Assembly (NCBI GenBank): GCA_964620605.1
Contig: CAZUHQ010000002.1
Span: 47,010-111,009 of the forward strand
Direction: 5' to 3'
Length of the DNA stretch: 64,000 bases
Source of the DNA: an uncultured Thalassotalea sp.
Lineage (GTDB): Bacteria; Pseudomonadota; Gammaproteobacteria; Enterobacterales; Alteromonadaceae
Below are positions 41,616 through 50,667 of the stretch, piece by piece. The position numbers and the translations under genes were made by a program. The notes beneath the pieces are model-generated. The model was not told where the DNA came from. It saw only the letters and a program-made list of their open reading frames with translations, and did no database searches. Each line of letters begins with the position of its first letter. The first letter of the stretch is position 1.

Positions 41616-41725
41616 AGGTTTGGTTTGCTTTGCATTAGGCTGTTGTTGAGCCGAAATAAATCGCTCGCTATTACAACAAACTTAGTCATTAAACGAGAAC
41701 TGCGGTTAAACCTTGTATTGTTTTG

Positions 41726-42751
41726 TTAACTCAGTCCGTTGCTATAAATAAAGCGAAACACATGATTGAGTATTTGCTGTTGCATTGCCTTGCGATCTAC
41801 GCCTGCTCTATCCTTACATAAAGCTACCCCTTTTACTTCCCGGTCAGAGTCGCATTGGTCGATATAGACAAAATGTCCTGCGCCTTGTTCGATTCCGACT
41901 AAACTTGCACCATTAATATGCTCTGCATAATACTTGGCATGTGCGCTGAATGGCAGAAAGTCATTATCCACTGAACCAAGCACTAGTGTTGGAATCTCGA
42001 TACTCGCCAAACTTTGCTCATTAACGGTATGACCCAAGGCTGGATCTAACGCAATGACTGCGGCAATTCGCTGGTCGTGCATTTGTTCTTGCAATGCACT
42101 GATGTTATTTAACATCTCCTTATTCATAGGTTTACGCTGACTCTGCTTACCATAATCACAGCCTTTATCATTTTTTGCTTTTTCTGATGCGCAATAGGCT
42201 GTTGACTTTCCTGCTGCCAACTTAGCTCCCGCCATTGCCAATGATGTGAAACCACCGGCAGAATGTCCTAGCATGATAACCTTGTCGGTTGTCAGTGGTG
42301 TATTAAACAACCCTTTTTCAGACAAGGAGTCGATGGCAAAGCTGACATCTTGTGGGCGTTGCCAGAAACGCATAACCGAACTTGGATCGATATTTTCGGT
42401 GCCATAAACCCAGGATTCACCAAAGTGAGCTACTCCGGCAACTAGCCAACCTTGTGAGGCCAGGGCATAACCTAGCCAGTTCATTTCACGTGGAGAGCCA
42501 AATGCTCCATGAGAAATAATCGCGACTCTGTGACTGTTTTGTTTATCCGATAAGCAAATTTTTGCTGAGCAAGGCTCGGCGCCACTTTGGTACCAGAATT
42601 TTATTTTAGCAGGTCGATTCTCCTGTTGATTGATAAAATCAACTTCAGTGCTCTTGAGTGCCATTTTGTCATTCGATAAGGCTTGGTCAGTGTTGCAAAG
42701 CGCAAGCAACATAAGACCCGTAGCGTATAATTTAGTTTTTTTAAGGTTCAT
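41726..42751 (-). CDS. Secreted alpha/beta hydrolase (COG4188/PAF-AH-like)
   Basis: Signal peptide; IISHGAFGS; nucleophile elbow GHSAGG; DNDFL Asp; GAGHFVY His. Confidence 0.82.
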   Translation of the reverse strand: MNLKKTKLYATGLMLLALCNTDQALSNDKMALKSTEVDFINQQENRPAKIKFWYQSGAEPCSAKICLSDKQNSHRVAIISHGAFGSPREMNWLGYALASQGWLVAGVAHFGESWVYGTENIDPSSVMRFWQRPQDVSFAIDSLSEKGLFNTPLTTDKVIMLGHSAGGFTSLAMAGAKLAAGKSTAYCASEKAKNDKGCDYGKQSQRKPMNKEMLNNISALQEQMHDQRIAAVIALDPALGHTVNEQSLASIEIPTLVLGSVDNDFLPFSAHAKYYAEHINGASLVGIEQGAGHFVYIDQCDSDREVKGVALCKDRAGVDRKAMQQQILNHVFRFIYSNGLS

Positions 42752-42846
42752 GGTTATCTCTATTTATTCTTCTTTTTAGAGGTTATGTCTGTACTATATC
42801 TGGGTTATCAAACTTGCGCTGTGCAGAAAGTGCGTTTTAATAAAAT

Positions 42847-43009
42847 GCTATGTTCCCGATAACTGTTGCTAGGTAAACAAACAAGACGCGCAAGTCTGTC
42901 CATGGAAGTTCAACACCAGCACATCAGCTGGTGATGATTATTTTTATTAGCAATAAAAGTTTTTATTTATCAATTAGTTATATTGAATGTTGTAATTAAA
43001 AGGAACAGC
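42847..43009 (-). mobile_element. MITE-like dispersed repeat, full-length copy 2 (inverted relative to copy 1)
   Basis: GCTATGTTCCCGATAACTGTTGCTAGGTAAACAAACAAGACG is the reverse complement of the copy 1 right end. The other end, AATTAAAAGGAACAGC, matches the copy 1 left end. Confidence 0.8.
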
Positions 43010-43027
43010 CCCTAGTAAAAAAGAATC

Positions 43028-43903
43028 TTACGTCTTATCTTCTACAGCAAAATACAATTCTGTTTTTAATAATTCTGGCGCGGTATCCATCGGATTATTG
43101 CGATAGAGCTGTATAATTTGTTGGTCTTTAAGTTTGATGTTATTTGGTAAAACCCATTGTGCATAGACCTGAGAAATGGTTTGCCACATATAACTATGAT
43201 GACCTGTATGGGTGAAACAGGCCCATTGACCGGCTTGCCAGGTAAAGGTTTCCAGTTTGTCATGGTGTGCGGATAAACCCTTGATAAAGCCTGCGAAAAA
43301 ACGACTTTCAGTTTGTTCACCCGCCCAGGGATTATCAATGGCAACGCCAATAGGTTGCTGCTCGGCATAACTTAATGGCTCGGCGATAGCGGACAGGCGG
43401 CTGTATAACTCTGCTGCCACTTTGGAAAAAGATTGTTCGCTAAAGCCCTTGCCATAGAAACCGTAAACTGTTCGCTCAGCTAGTGTTTGCCAAACCGGCT
43501 CTAATTTTGGCTCGGTCAGTAATTTTTTAGGTGTTAAGCTGCCTGCACGTTCATTGGGGGGAAAATTGTCTTGAATGACATCGCTTGGCGTCACGGAAAA
43601 GTTCTTTTTAAAGGCCCGAGAAAATGACGATGGCGAGTCATAGCCGACGCTAATGGCAACATCAATAATATTGTGGTTGCCCTGTTTAATTAACTGTAGT
43701 GCCTTTTCCAGTTTATGACGTTGTATAAACTCGCCGAGCTGGTAGCCGGTTGCCACAAAAAATATACGATTAAAATGATACTTGGAAAACCCGGTATAAC
43801 TTGCCAATAGATCCAGGCTAATAGTTTGATCACTATGATCATAAATATACTGGCCGACCTGACTGATTATCTTTGCATTTTTACTGGTTAAGGTATCTAC
43901 CAC
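43028..43903 (-). CDS. AraC family regulator with C-terminal GyrI-like effector domain
   Basis: GFSKYHFNRIF; VGYDSPSSFSRAFKK; GQWACFTHTG...W..IYAQWVL GyrI-like domain. Confidence 0.9.
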   Translation of the reverse strand: MVDTLTSKNAKIISQVGQYIYDHSDQTISLDLLASYTGFSKYHFNRIFFVATGYQLGEFIQRHKLEKALQLIKQGNHNIIDVAISVGYDSPSSFSRAFKKNFSVTPSDVIQDNFPPNERAGSLTPKKLLTEPKLEPVWQTLAERTVYGFYGKGFSEQSFSKVAAELYSRLSAIAEPLSYAEQQPIGVAIDNPWAGEQTESRFFAGFIKGLSAHHDKLETFTWQAGQWACFTHTGHHSYMWQTISQVYAQWVLPNNIKLKDQQIIQLYRNNPMDTAPELLKTELYFAVEDKT

Positions 43904-43998
43904 ATTGTTACCTTATTTTTTTGTAGAATTATTAACATAATTAATAGCTTACTGCCAGTGTTAGTTGTTCATAGTTCAGTGTATTTTCATTTTGCCAT

Positions 43999-44025
43999 AA
44001 AAAAGCCGCTGGGAGCTAGCGGCTT
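43999..44025 (-). terminator. Terminator downstream of the TonB-receptor remnant
   Basis: AAGCCGCT/AGCGGCTT stem, followed by a T-run on the minus strand. Confidence 0.7.
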
Positions 44026-44059
44026 AAAAACCCGTTAATGTTTTTCTTACATTAGGCTA

Positions 44060-45193
44060 TTAAAAAACGTAACGAGCACCGAGGTTAAAGCGAGCACCGT
44101 ACTGGTTAGCACGTAGCAGCTGTTCGCTGTAACGCACGTAAGTACGCTGCGTTTCTTCTGTCAGGTTCAAGGCTTCAGCAAATACCGAGAAGTTTTCCGT
44201 CACTGAATAGCTGATGTTGGCATCAATTTGTGAATAGGCTTCGGTATAGTTTGGTGAGCCATGCTGGTCAAAACCAGATAAGAACTCATCACGCCAGTTA
44301 TAAGAAACCCGTGCCGATAAATTTTCATTCTCATAAAGTACCGAGAAGTTCGCCGAATCACTCATGCCTGGCAGGGCAAAGTCTTGCTCAATAGCGTCGC
44401 GATCCGCCTCAACGTCACCACTAACAAAGGTCGCATTGACCATAATACCAAAACCGGTATCGGCAAATAGGTGCTGTGCTGCCAGTTCCCAACCATAAAG
44501 GTTAGCCTGTTCACCATTCGCTGTGCTAGTTTCATCAAATTCTGCCAGTGGATCGTCACTGTTAGGGGCAATTGGTGTTGTTAAGTCTGCCAGACCCATA
44601 TTGAGGTTAATGCGTTCAAACACGTTAACGTCGGTGGCCTGTATGCCTTCGGCAACTAACTGGGCGCGTGCTTCTTCGGCGCGTGGCCCGTTATAAACAT
44701 CGCGAATTCCCGGCACTGTGGTGGTGCTAATAGAATCGATCAGGAAGTTATCAACCATTTTCTTGAAATAACCAATTGAGGCGTAGTTGCCTTCGCCGTA
44801 GTAGTATTCAAGCGAGAAATCCAGGTTATCCGAGATATACGGGTTTAACCCTGGGTTACCTGAGATGATTTTACGCTGGCCGATTTTTGGCGTACCGACA
44901 AAGTCTCGTGTCGAACGCATCGCACCTATATCAGGTCGCGCCAATGAACGAGTATAAGAAAAACGCGTGATGATATCATCAGTGACTTCCAGGTTAATGC
45001 TGCCATCCTGATGGAGTACCCGACCCCAGGCAATAGACAAACGGTAAGCATCGACGCCTAATGCTTTAATCATTTCAATATCTTGTTGCCATAAATGAAA
45101 ATGGTCACAGGCAATAGCACCGTTTGAGCTGTCGGCAATTGCTTCTGGTTGGGATACCGCTTTCAATTTGGCTGGGTTTAACATTAATGGCAA
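44060..45193 (-). pseudogene. Chimeric remnant: GH1 beta-glucosidase N-terminal fragment fused in frame to the C-terminal part of a TonB-dependent receptor
   Basis: AIADSSNGAIACDHFHLWQQDIEMIKALGVDAYRLSIAWGRV is a GH1 motif. From LEVTDD onward the sequence is a TBDR barrel (GNPGLNPY..DNLDFSLEYY, YNWRDEF, C-terminal LGARYVF). No signal peptide, plug domain or GH1 catalytic Glu residues. Confidence 0.85.
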
Positions 45194-45327
45194 GGATTTA
45201 TTGTTTCTTGATAGAAGCCCTTCTATTTAAATAGCTAAGCTCAGCTAGTTTAGCACGATGATTTTTTCTTTGATTCGGTATATCATCGACGGCAACTAAG
45301 ATAATAATAAATGAGCTTTGAACTTCT

Positions 45328-48300
45328 GTGGTATTTAAATTTTCAGGGGAAAATCAGTTAGTAGCCACATACAAACTTGCTATTGTTGGCGTATTTGTTG
45401 CGATTATGCTGGCGGCGCTACTGATCTCCAGTTATCGCTATCACCAGGAGTTAGAGCAGTTTGAGCAGCAGGAATTCACTCAGTTAACAACAAAAGCACA
45501 AAAGTTGGAAGATGCATTGTTTCAGGCGGTGCAGTCTTTAGAAGCGATTAAGCGTTTTGCCGATCATAGTTTAAGTTTTCCTCAGGAGCTTGCCCCAACA
45601 CCTAACTTTCAGCAAAATAAAAGCCGTTTTCTGTTAAAAAAGATGGCGTATCAGGGGAACAGCCATCGCCAGCATTTAAGCGTTAATATCAGTGGTATTG
45701 GTAAAGTTAGCGAATTTGACGCTGATATTAAGCATGAATTGGCAATGTCGACCATGTTAACTCCGGCATTTACCACAGCACAGAATACGGTTGGCATAGC
45801 TGACTGGTTTGCTTATGTCTCGTTACAAGGCTTTAGCGCTACTTACCCCTGGATAGGCCGGAAAAACTGGTTCTATCAGCAAGGTTTGCTCGCCGGTGAG
45901 TACCTTGAACAAATTCGTGCTTCCTCTCCTCATATTTATACTCCGCTGTGGTCACAGCCTTATTTGGCTGATGACAGCAAAGGACTATACCTTTATTTGG
46001 CTGCCGGGGTATTTCGCCAGCAAAATTTGGCCGGGGCGATAATGTTTAATATTAACCTGGCTTATTTACGACAGTTGCTCGCGAGCGATAGTGATGATGG
46101 ATTTAGTTATGCGTTAATCAATAAAGCGGATCAATTATTAATACATTTAGACGCCGAGCAAGAAAATATTTCGACACCGAGTCGCTGGCAATCGGTATTA
46201 CCAATAAAACTACAACAATTAACGTATGAGGCGTTAGATATTCGAAGCTCGTCATTTCAGTATCGACCGGAACTGACTCAAAGTGAAAGCTGGCTGTTTC
46301 AACACCATAAGCTTGCGATTAATGACTGGATGTTAGTGAAATATAAGCCTTATCAGCACTTTGCTGCCCCGATTTTTCAGCGCTTTACCTGGGTGTTTAT
46401 CGGGTTGTTTTTTGGTCAGCTGGCATTATTGGCGGTGGTTTATCTGGTGACTTATAAAACCTTTATCAAACCGGCACAAAGCTTTATCAGCCATATTTCT
46501 CATAGTGCGAAAGGGGATCATGGTAAGGTGAGCCCACCCAAAGGCTGGCAATACTGGTTTGATGTTGTTGGCGATATTTTTAGCCAGAACCGCAGTTTAT
46601 TACAGCAGTTGAAAGATCAGAATAATGTGCTTGATATGCGGGTGCATGAGAAAACTCAGGCGTTAATGGAAAAAAGTCAGCAGCATCAGCATGATTACGC
46701 GATATTGCGCTCTGTGATGGATGCGATCCCGGACTATCTGATTTTTAACGATCCGGATGGTCAGGCAATTGGTTGTAATTTGGCATTTGAGCAGTACCTG
46801 GGCAAATCTGAGCGTGAAATATTAGGCTGCAATGTCGGGAATTTGATCAGTAATGAACTCGGCAGGGCGCTGGCGAGCTGTGGAAAAGAGCAATATCAAA
46901 AACAAAGCCATTGCGGTATCTTCCAGGTGGTAGAAACTGCAGAAAATACTTATGAGCTTTTTAGCTCTGAGTTTTATGATCAACAGCAGCAGGTGCTGGG
47001 TTCCATTATTATTATTCGCGATGTCACCAAACAATATGAAGTGAATGCAGCATTGGCCAGTGCCAAGGAGCAGGCGGAATTTGCCAATCAGGCGAAGAGT
47101 CAGTTTCTGGCGAATATGAGTCATGAGATCAGAACGCCGATCAATGCCATTTCAGGGATGCAGTTTTTATTAAAACAAACGACATTAACCAACCAGCAAT
47201 TACAGCACTTAAACCATGCTCAGCAGGCGGCAGACGTTCTACTGCATTTGGTCGATGAATTGCTCGATTTCGCGAAAATTGAATCTGGCAATATGACGAT
47301 ATTTAAAAAAGACTGTTATATAGATGCGATAGTAAACCAGGCGGTGCGGTTAAACATTAGCAATATCAATGCTCAGCAGGTGGCATTTGAGGTAAAGATC
47401 GCCCCTGATGTGCCATGTCAGATTTTCAGCGATGAAATGCGTTTGGTACAAGTGTTGAGTAATTTGCTCAATAATGCGGTGAAGTTTACCCATCACGGAA
47501 AAATTACACTCTCGGTTGATGCTATCGAAGTGAATGACCAGCAGGCGCTAGTGAATTTTTCTGTAGAAGATACCGGCATAGGCATCGAAAAGAGTAAACA
47601 GGCGGATTTATTTAAGGCGTTTGCCCAGGCGGATGAGTCTATGACCCGAGAATACGGTGGTTCTGGGCTCGGATTGTCAATTTGCCAGCGTATCGTAAAC
47701 TTATTGGGCGGTGAGATTAAACTCACCAGCGAGTTTGGCCAGGGTGCCAGATTTAGTTTTAGTGTACCGCTGCAAGCACAGCTGCCGGGCTTTTCATTTC
47801 AACCTGCGCCTTCGGTTAATGTTTTCACTCAAGGATATTCGTTCCCCGCTGATTTTCAGTGTTTACTGACTGCTTATGGTTATCAGTGTCATCCGCTGAC
47901 AGCCTGCATCGATAATGAAAAATTGGCTCCTCAGGCGATTAATTTATTGTTTTTGACGGTGGAAGAAATTGAGCAGGAACTATGTCAGTTACTTGCACAA
48001 CAACTGGCTGCTAAGCTAGAGAGCAAGCAGTGGCTGGTGGCTGTCTATCAGGCGCAGCAAAATGAAGAAGAAAATGCCAAGTATCAGCTGTTAGAGCGCT
48101 ATCAAATTCCTTATGTTATTTGCTTTGCGCCTTTATACCGGTATAGTTTATTTACCTTATTTAAGACCTTGGCAAGTAATGTCTCATTGGCGCACCCGAC
48201 TAAAACCATAGAACCGGCAAGCGAAAATAAAAAAACGGCAGAGCAAGAGCCTTTGTCCGGCGTAACTGTGCTGTTGGTGGAGGATAATTTAGTTAATCAG

Positions 48301-48624
48301 CTGGTGGCGAAAGAGTTGTTAAAAGCGATGGCGGCTAAAGTTATTATTGCCGAAAATGGTCAACAGGCGCTGGATTTTTTGGCAAAGCAAAGCGTTGATC
48401 TGGTATTGATGGACATTCAAATGCCAGTGATGGATGGCCTTACTGCCTGTCGACTGATCCGCCAGCAAGAAAAATTTAAGCATTTGCCGATAATTGCGAT
48501 GACCGCCCACGCCCGTGAGGAAGATAAAGAAAACAGCTTTGCCGCCGGAATGAATTTGCATATTGCCAAGCCGATTAAATCTGAAGTGCTATTATCGAGC
48601 ATTCAGTCGGTGATGCAAACCTAG
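45328..48624 (+). CDS. Hybrid sensor histidine kinase (periplasmic Cache-like, PAS, HisKA, HATPase, receiver)
   Basis: FLANMSHEIRTPINAI; QVLSNLLNNAVKFT; DTGIG; GGSGLGL; LVLMDIQMP receiver. Confidence 0.93.
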   Translation: MVFKFSGENQLVATYKLAIVGVFVAIMLAALLISSYRYHQELEQFEQQEFTQLTTKAQKLEDALFQAVQSLEAIKRFADHSLSFPQELAPTPNFQQNKSRFLLKKMAYQGNSHRQHLSVNISGIGKVSEFDADIKHELAMSTMLTPAFTTAQNTVGIADWFAYVSLQGFSATYPWIGRKNWFYQQGLLAGEYLEQIRASSPHIYTPLWSQPYLADDSKGLYLYLAAGVFRQQNLAGAIMFNINLAYLRQLLASDSDDGFSYALINKADQLLIHLDAEQENISTPSRWQSVLPIKLQQLTYEALDIRSSSFQYRPELTQSESWLFQHHKLAINDWMLVKYKPYQHFAAPIFQRFTWVFIGLFFGQLALLAVVYLVTYKTFIKPAQSFISHISHSAKGDHGKVSPPKGWQYWFDVVGDIFSQNRSLLQQLKDQNNVLDMRVHEKTQALMEKSQQHQHDYAILRSVMDAIPDYLIFNDPDGQAIGCNLAFEQYLGKSEREILGCNVGNLISNELGRALASCGKEQYQKQSHCGIFQVVETAENTYELFSSEFYDQQQQVLGSIIIIRDVTKQYEVNAALASAKEQAEFANQAKSQFLANMSHEIRTPINAISGMQFLLKQTTLTNQQLQHLNHAQQAADVLLHLVDELLDFAKIESGNMTIFKKDCYIDAIVNQAVRLNISNINAQQVAFEVKIAPDVPCQIFSDEMRLVQVLSNLLNNAVKFTHHGKITLSVDAIEVNDQQALVNFSVEDTGIGIEKSKQADLFKAFAQADESMTREYGGSGLGLSICQRIVNLLGGEIKLTSEFGQGARFSFSVPLQAQLPGFSFQPAPSVNVFTQGYSFPADFQCLLTAYGYQCHPLTACIDNEKLAPQAINLLFLTVEEIEQELCQLLAQQLAAKLESKQWLVAVYQAQQNEEENAKYQLLERYQIPYVICFAPLYRYSLFTLFKTLASNVSLAHPTKTIEPASENKKTAEQEPLSGVTVLLVEDNLVNQLVAKELLKAMAAKVIIAENGQQALDFLAKQSVDLVLMDIQMPVMDGLTACRLIRQQEKFKHLPIIAMTAHAREEDKENSFAAGMNLHIAKPIKSEVLLSSIQSVMQT

Positions 48625-48634
48625 GGTTAATAAA

Positions 48635-49084
48635 CTACTTAATCTTTGATGACTTATGTTGCAGTTTTGCCATGATCTGACTGAGTGCTTGCTGCTCATC
48701 CGTGGTTAACGCCGATAATAGTTGTGCTTCCCGTTGTAATACTAAAGGTTCCAGCTGTTGATAAAGCTGCCGTCCTTTAGCTGTCAGTTCAAGCAAAAAT
48801 GAGCGCTTGTCCCTGGTATTTTCAATGCGTTTGATTAACTGTTTGCTCAGCATGCGTTGAATGGCTCTGCTGGCAGGCATTTTGTCCAGATTAGCATCAC
48901 TACCTATTTGTTTGGCATTTTGCGGCGCGTGATTTGCTAAAATTGCCAATATGCGCCATTCCTGACGGCTAAGGTTAAATTTTCCGGTATATATCTGCGC
49001 AATACTTTCGCTGATACTCGCTTGCAATTTGGTGAGCTGATAAGGGAAAAAATGCGCTAGTGTCAGTGTCGGCTTATTGGTCAT
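48635..49084 (-). CDS. MarR family transcriptional regulator
   Basis: FFPYQL; EWRILAIL; LDKMPASRA; DKRSFLLELTAKG. Confidence 0.9.
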   Translation of the reverse strand: MTNKPTLTLAHFFPYQLTKLQASISESIAQIYTGKFNLSRQEWRILAILANHAPQNAKQIGSDANLDKMPASRAIQRMLSKQLIKRIENTRDKRSFLLELTAKGRQLYQQLEPLVLQREAQLLSALTTDEQQALSQIMAKLQHKSSKIK

Positions 49085-49145
49085 ATTATTGTTAACTGGG
49101 ACGTGATGGCCTGATTATAAACCGATGTTGCAACAAGAGAAAGGA

Positions 49146-49174
49146 GGCAAGCCTAGGGGAGAGCTAGGCTTGCC
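49146..49174 (-). terminator. Strong hairpin, terminator-like on the minus strand
   Basis: GGCAAGCCTAG-GGGAGAG-CTAGGCTTGCC, a perfect 11-bp stem with a pyrimidine tail on the minus strand. Confidence 0.6.
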
Positions 49175-49277
49175 AGCAATAATTTCGCTATTAATACTGA
49201 TTCTTGATAGCGCACCAACACCCCTGTAACTGCACCGCGGTCATATTAATCAAGCGAATTATTAGTTTTTGCTTCAT
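49146..49277 (-). ncRNA. Candidate structured small RNA / 28-aa sORF unit
   Basis: Long imperfect hairpin 49178-49263 next to the terminator hairpin; ORF 49277-49191 MKQKLIIRLINMTAVQLQGCWCAIKNQY; lies in a 417-bp intergenic gap. Strand uncertain. Confidence 0.3.
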
Positions 49278-49501
49278 TGGTCTGTGAAGCACAGTAAGAG
49301 TAGCAAACTTATGCTTAAAAAAAAGTCATCTCGATAAATTAATATTGCATTTGCAGTAATAATACTAGTGGTTTTGTAAAAAAAGTGTTACATAAATAAC
49401 TTCATCTGTTAACTGTAGCTTTTGTTTTGAAATTTTTGTCGTTAAAAGCTTATGTTTCGAACGAAGTTTAGCAACCCATGCTATCGGCTTTGGTGATATT
49501 T

Positions 49502-50593
49502 TTAATTGGGATCAATTGCGCTGACAATAGCGCTGAGCTCTGCTTCGATATCGTGTAACTGCTGGAAAAAGTGCAGCTGGTTTTTTGCCCGTTCCAAATT
49601 GTGTAACGGGTGATTGGTGTGAAAGTAGTTATCGCCGTCGATAAAGTCTGTTAAGAAGCGAACCCCTATCATAAAGGGCAGTAATTGTGCGCCGATAACT
49701 AAACTTTGTTGTTCTAACTGACTCATTTTACCGGAAAAACTGTCGACATAGCCTCGGGCTAACGCGCTAAAAATATCAAGGCGAACTGTCATTTTTGCAA
49801 GTTCAGTGCCATCTTCCGGTAAGTTGGAACAACAGGTCCTAACCATGTCGCCAAAGTCATGCATAATAAAGCCTGGCATACAGGTATCGAGATCGATTAC
49901 CGCAACCGGAGAGTGAGTGGTGCTACTAAATAGTAAATTGTTGATTTTAGTATCATTATGGGTCACTTGCAGCGGTAAGCTTTGTTCAAGTTCAGCAACC
50001 TGCTTGATAAAGTCCTGCTGGGCAAAACAAAAATCCACTAAGTTTTGACAAAGTGATAAACGCGCTTTTGCATCTTTTTCCACAGCCGCCTGTAATTGCG
50101 CCAGTCTGAAATCCAGGTGATGAAATTGCGGAATGATTTCTGTAAGTTCGCTGGCCGGAAAATCACTCAACGTTGAGGTAAACTGACCAAAGGCCTGTGC
50201 AACCTGACACGCTTGCTCAGCTGTTTCAACGGCCTCAACGGTATAACAGTTACCGATAAACTCTAGTGCCCGCCAGGTATTTTCACCTTCAGTCACTTTA
50301 ACCGCACCGTGATTGGCGCTGATTTGCCACATCGGCTCCAATGAATATTGAGCCTGTTCTTTTTTCTGCTGCAAATACTGGTTGATTAACTCAGCGTTAT
50401 TGATGACATCTTCCGGACGCTTAAAGACATGATGATTAATGCGCTGTAAGACAAAGTTAGTTTTTTCACTACGTACCAGGTAAGTACAGTTAATTAAGCC
50501 ATTGCCAAGCGGTGCAATTTTGCTATTGCTTAGCGAACAATCATAAAAGGCTAACACCTTGTTGAACTGTTCTTGATTGATGACTTCGTTCAT
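49502..50593 (-). CDS. APH-family phosphotransferase, N-acetylhexosamine 1-kinase-like
   Basis: LGNGLINCTY; LQRINHHVF; THNDTKINNLLF; VIDLDTCMPG; DFGDMVR. Confidence 0.8.
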   Translation of the reverse strand: MNEVINQEQFNKVLAFYDCSLSNSKIAPLGNGLINCTYLVRSEKTNFVLQRINHHVFKRPEDVINNAELINQYLQQKKEQAQYSLEPMWQISANHGAVKVTEGENTWRALEFIGNCYTVEAVETAEQACQVAQAFGQFTSTLSDFPASELTEIIPQFHHLDFRLAQLQAAVEKDAKARLSLCQNLVDFCFAQQDFIKQVAELEQSLPLQVTHNDTKINNLLFSSTTHSPVAVIDLDTCMPGFIMHDFGDMVRTCCSNLPEDGTELAKMTVRLDIFSALARGYVDSFSGKMSQLEQQSLVIGAQLLPFMIGVRFLTDFIDGDNYFHTNHPLHNLERAKNQLHFFQQLHDIEAELSAIVSAIDPN

Positions 50594-50667
50594 GGGAAAA
50601 CATCCATTGCTTATCTTATACCAAATTGACTAATAATTTAGTTAAATTAATGGTATTAACTGCTTAA

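Noticed and set aside
45218-45240. AGCTAT-TTAA-ATAGAAGGG read as a decayed GH1 SYQIEG motif
   Set aside because: It needs a frameshift and a stop, and the distance to the AIAD motif is ~5 codons longer than expected with no similarity in between.
49275-49310. Resemblance to GcvB (ATTGGTCTG...GTAGCAAA)
   Set aside because: Only two short words match; the G/U-rich R1 seed and the adjacent gcvA gene are absent.
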